Below, piece after piece: positions 34,901 through 35,673 of a DNA stretch of 35,673 nt. Numbering within the stretch: position 1 is the first letter of the stretch; the number at the start of each line of letters is the position of its first letter. This DNA is from Thermoplasmatota archaeon (GTDB taxonomy: Archaea; Thermoplasmatota; Penumbrarchaeia; Penumbrarchaeales; Penumbrarchaeaceae), in NCBI GenBank assembly GCA_049472275.1, contig JBLIRL010000005.1:1-35673 (forward strand), read 5' to 3'. The translations under genes and the position numbers were made by a program. The notes under the pieces were generated by a model, which was not told where the DNA came from, did not search any database, and saw only the letters and a program-made list of their open reading frames with translations.

Positions 34901-35188
34901 GGACAACGTCACCTGCCAGCCTGTCGTCGGGGAGGCGGATATGCTGCTGGAGATCGAATATCGATCCCCGTTGTTCCCCTCGTTCGTTATGGTGAACGCG
35001 TAGTTCTGCTGGCTGCCGGCGGTGACCTCCTTGCTCGCCTTGTCAACGGTCAGGCTAACATCGTACGGCTGTGCCGACCTTCCGGGAGGCATGTAGTAGA
35101 CGAAAACGCCTAATCCGCTGGCTATCAGCATGATTATGACGAAGATCTGGAAAAACCTTTTCCATTCTGATGTTCTTTCGGATATCAT
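28976..35188 (-). CDS. Giant cell-surface protein: about 15 tandem COG1470/NEW3-type Ig-like domains plus CARDB domain, TM helix, coiled-coil and C-terminal zinc ribbon
   Basis: N.GN..D.F.l motif recurs about every 110-130 aa (15 counted), then CARDB (V.NIGTADA...DNNEV). TM, then CPKC...CKEC. Start placed at the ATG at 35188 (AGAGGGA RBS, TATA at 35223-35230); the ORF extends to 35215. Confidence 0.88.
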   Translation of the reverse strand: MISERTSEWKRFFQIFVIIMLIASGLGVFVYYMPPGRSAQPYDVSLTVDKASKEVTAGSQQNYAFTITNEGNNGDRYSISSSISASPTTGWQVTLSKTTTSNIPSGGTDTFTVSVRAPTGANISAYCYATIRVASQTDSLNSSQSVLISTLIKRTYGVSISSPGIKSMNPGGSVVYNFNVKNEGNDRDGYRLEATNIPTGWSASIDFDTGRIDPGATKAASMTVQGPNDAKAQSYQIVVKASSITDSNTTATRTITTNVNQTYKLSIQSEGVKQVDVTTQTVVNFIVKITNLGNGEDQFNLEYYIPPEYIAAGWGGDLSTTTTSKVGADRNVSVTFFAYPPSKSLRPAVNSKGEFYINATSLGNSLIKRSVKVSCVVLPFYDVRILNKGASLQTVDADGSTTFSFNVTNTGNDQDTFDFNVVYPDGFQDTSVEPSSITLARDGWQEVTVTVTPDPDVVLAQTYNFRIYANSTHDVSAYSAFQVKINKKYGAFLDAPNGAIISRAQPGSTYNMLVRLQNKGNGRDSFNLAVKGETTDIQTNWSPLISAATTPLLNADQIYYFNITVSAPSNANEGTYRFEVNASSQNSNVFKTIWLSVRIPQIYAVDISANKESVRGQFSNDTGAARKVYFDLDVFNRGSGTDSSITVSVKSAPTGFAGLYSIYFTENLKSKISINSDSSKAAKLALDMPKISSGISAGTYQFIVEARSDNGTITNTNDDKTKEIILNLVLDPVHRVRVLAGLNNSKVGLGSSVAFQVIVQNRGTSSDYYTLSVEYPDYGRYASWSISALTTKVLQPLEQQTFILRANISIDANTDWGSVWAKVTATHSEDETIYDMRYFTAIFADAYAGDLSSDDKFEQAYPGEVASFRMTIVNRGTRTTDTFQIEVVDDDVSKEFDNIEISPSLLILNSNQRATVYINVTIPSIDDKIVETGTYDLIFQAVSEGETNQDTDDIVVDDLEFKVKVMPVYKVQFLIPEGSKSADPGTKLQNIKLNITNKGNEPATISVSLQSSTNRNWISISPSTVSGLAPNGATDLILTVDVKNDALAGKVTFTFNATVTSDPSSNQAFDLSTFEVDVNEDFEPELTVPSGTTSKDAEPGDSITYTVKLKNLGNAVDGFDLTMTSTKSGWVEFGFEGSTPTNPQTSLDSLGVDSSENIWVNIDVDEAAAAGDVTFTLKATSIGDTAKTDTIALKVVVLPNRDVELVTSEESKEMVPDVDERETEVTYDVQVRNRGEASDTFKIQVLKTGMTKPAGVDSDTWDAIVTSGQFSDKPDWVILSKKVTGSIPKGQSETITVTFRVPDSSYQPWEYFTYIWAYSEGDTESENRYSEPIKLTTKVKQAYGADIRGNDLVRTQEDPDDPTNLKAYFDIQVKNTGTGMDNFQIEIEEDLSDDFEFTYDKTVNDVDEGDLATIQVMLDISADTLTGKYTFRARFISEGDTTGFKVAEDYVTAWKDFTVDVKQTYGVDVEADKEEIKGDVGDDVVFQLTLSNLGNDIDTFRIDVRELETDGWATLSNSKLSLDAKGDANEKKTFTLTVRIPDDTEEALAGSYSFEITIKRDATSLAEQNRATATIQLTVEVEESYEHVLETEDDTDEVKPGETVSYRFKVQNRANIQDTFYLSVKGSKDDWAELQYNQINLGPRGADDEKWVWLNITVPDLDEVNDAQEVEAGTYDFTVEVESKGDREAAPETLDFEVDVEQKFEVAISDIKDGGELGNYKKWDVNDEDDLEVEVTIQNNGNRDDTFYIKKPSAQTGWEISVSQTHVAVPMNDEKVITITISFYPTDGFVFGSQSLKFEVIPDDGSTQGKKEKETFTLYINAEVPELVLRDDSLVIPSDPVRGEVNEVIVTVYNIGTADAEDIEVVLYDGKKSYRTEEKNVPAGGKVNFTFDWKPDAGDHKLVAKVNEGEIVIEQDTDNNEVEKKKSIPVFSFSQYVGNIWVILILIAIILLVIIVVVFLAMNKNREIRELEEIIAKLKAEGGGPGGPRKVIKEASGAPTAPSAAAGLPSAPGKLAPIPSQAPDRGAKKENVKVQCPKCMTQQVVTIDKRPSEVPCKECGVTLVIPEKKK

Positions 35189-35222
35189 GGGTATCCCTCT
35201 GTCCCGTGTGAGCATTAGAATG

Positions 35223-35230
35223 TTATTTAA
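35223..35230 (-). promoter_or_regulatory. Putative TATA box for the giant surface-protein gene
   Basis: Minus strand TTAAATAA, about 35 nt upstream of the ATG at 35188. Confidence 0.55.
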
Positions 35231-35263
35231 TGTTTGTTGCCTAATACTCTAGATTATTGCGAA

Positions 35264-35323
35264 TTTTTGTAAGATTTTTTAATTAAATAATAATAATTAT
35301 ATATTACAAATGTCTTACAAAAA
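35264..35323. repeat. 11-bp perfect inverted repeat in the AT-rich divergent intergenic region
   Basis: TTTTTGTAAGA (35264-35274) and TCTTACAAAAA (35313-35323). Extra TTACAAA copy at 35304-35310. Confidence 0.7.
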
Positions 35324-35354
35324 ATTTAAAATAGTTTTCATTACATGCCCGACA

Positions 35355-35376
35355 TATAAATAAAACGATCTGGAGG
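35355..35376 (+). promoter_or_regulatory. Putative TATA box and RBS for the RHH-like gene
   Basis: TATAAATA at 35355-35362, GGAGG at 35372-35376, ATG at 35384. Confidence 0.6.
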
Positions 35377-35383
35377 CGATAGG

Positions 35384-35647
35384 ATGACCGGACTACTTAC
35401 CCTTCGTTTGCCGGAAAATGAGAAGGAAGCGCTGGCCCTGAGCTCGCAGCTATCGGGAATGCCGATATCGAAGGTCATCATGCCGTTCATATCGGAGGGC
35501 ACCAAGGTATCACTTGGAGCCTCACTGCTCTTCAGGATCGACTCGAAGAACCGGGGGAAGTCGATTTTTCCCTTCCCCAGGGGGCCGCGGTCCTTCAGGT
35601 GGATCTGGCAGATGCGGTCCTTTCCCAGCCAGGAGACTTCACGGTAG
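35384..35647 (+). CDS. Ribbon-helix-helix-like protein N-terminus; the 3' part is probably not native (junction near 35527-35550)
   Basis: LLTLRLPENEKEAL...SQLSGMPISKVI fits the RHH strand-helix-G-helix pattern. Good TATA box and RBS. The tail is antisense to an unrelated coding fragment. Confidence 0.55.
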   Translation: MTGLLTLRLPENEKEALALSSQLSGMPISKVIMPFISEGTKVSLGASLLFRIDSKNRGKSIFPFPRGPRSFRWIWQMRSFPSQETSR

Positions 35648-35673
35648 ACATCGAAGCGGGGGAACGAATTTCC
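35527..35673 (-). CDS. Partial sugar-phosphate isomerase/epimerase (xylose-isomerase-like TIM barrel, AP_endonuc_2) fragment entering from the window edge
   Basis: Manual translation of the minus strand from 35673 gives GNSFPRFDVYREVSWLGKDRICQIHLKDRGPLGKGKIDFPRFFESILKS. This contains the family motifs GN, I..IHLKD and LG.G.IDF. It is absent from the ORF track because it has no start codon in the window. Confidence 0.7.

Noticed and set aside
35530-35673. Programmed frameshift extending the RHH-like ORF in another plus-strand frame (…LQVDLADAVLSQPGDFTVDIEAGERIS)
   Set aside because: That open frame is better explained as a shadow of the minus-strand isomerase fragment, which has recognisable family motifs.
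1-35673. tRNA/rRNA genes, transposases, integrases, Sec/Pyl recoding
   Set aside because: Intergenic gaps are short and show no cloverleaf or T-loop motifs. No ORF has recombinase or transposase motifs, and conserved genes end at the expected family positions with no sign of stop-codon readthrough. This was checked by eye only; tRNAscan-SE/Infernal would be decisive.

Overview
Gene-dense, GC-rich archaeal chromosomal window. The archaeal call rests on the UPF0147, DUF211, DUF531 and RPA/RPA-associated genes, TATA boxes and GGAGG/GGTGA ribosome-binding sites. The style of the surface proteins suggests Thermoplasmatota, which is an inference. Housekeeping genes include a P2A-type Ca2+ ATPase, a dcd/dUTPase-family gene, a YkgJ-family Cys-cluster protein, a THUMP-less ThiI, DUF531, rlmE, two RPA subunits, pyrG, DUF211 and UPF0147. 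They are interleaved with many membrane-anchored surface proteins, including a 1443-aa LamG/beta-propeller/FN3/PA14 protein and a ~2070-aa protein with about 16 tandem Ig-like domains. I found no rRNA, tRNA, CRISPR array, integrase or transposase. The most notable points are: (1) single-pass surface proteins with elaborate cytoplasmic tails (Zn ribbons, Q/Y/P low-complexity repeats); (2) two nested domain insertions in one lectin-like protein; (3) a translationally coupled dUTPase-like/YkgJ/THUMP-less ThiI cluster; (4) three apparently catalytically dead enzyme-fold proteins around pyrG; (5) an AT-rich divergent promoter with an inverted repeat next to an RHH-like gene; (6) an apparent chimeric junction in the last ~145 bp, where an unrelated sugar-phosphate isomerase/epimerase fragment lies on the minus strand. 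All family assignments come from motif recognition by eye; no database searches were run.
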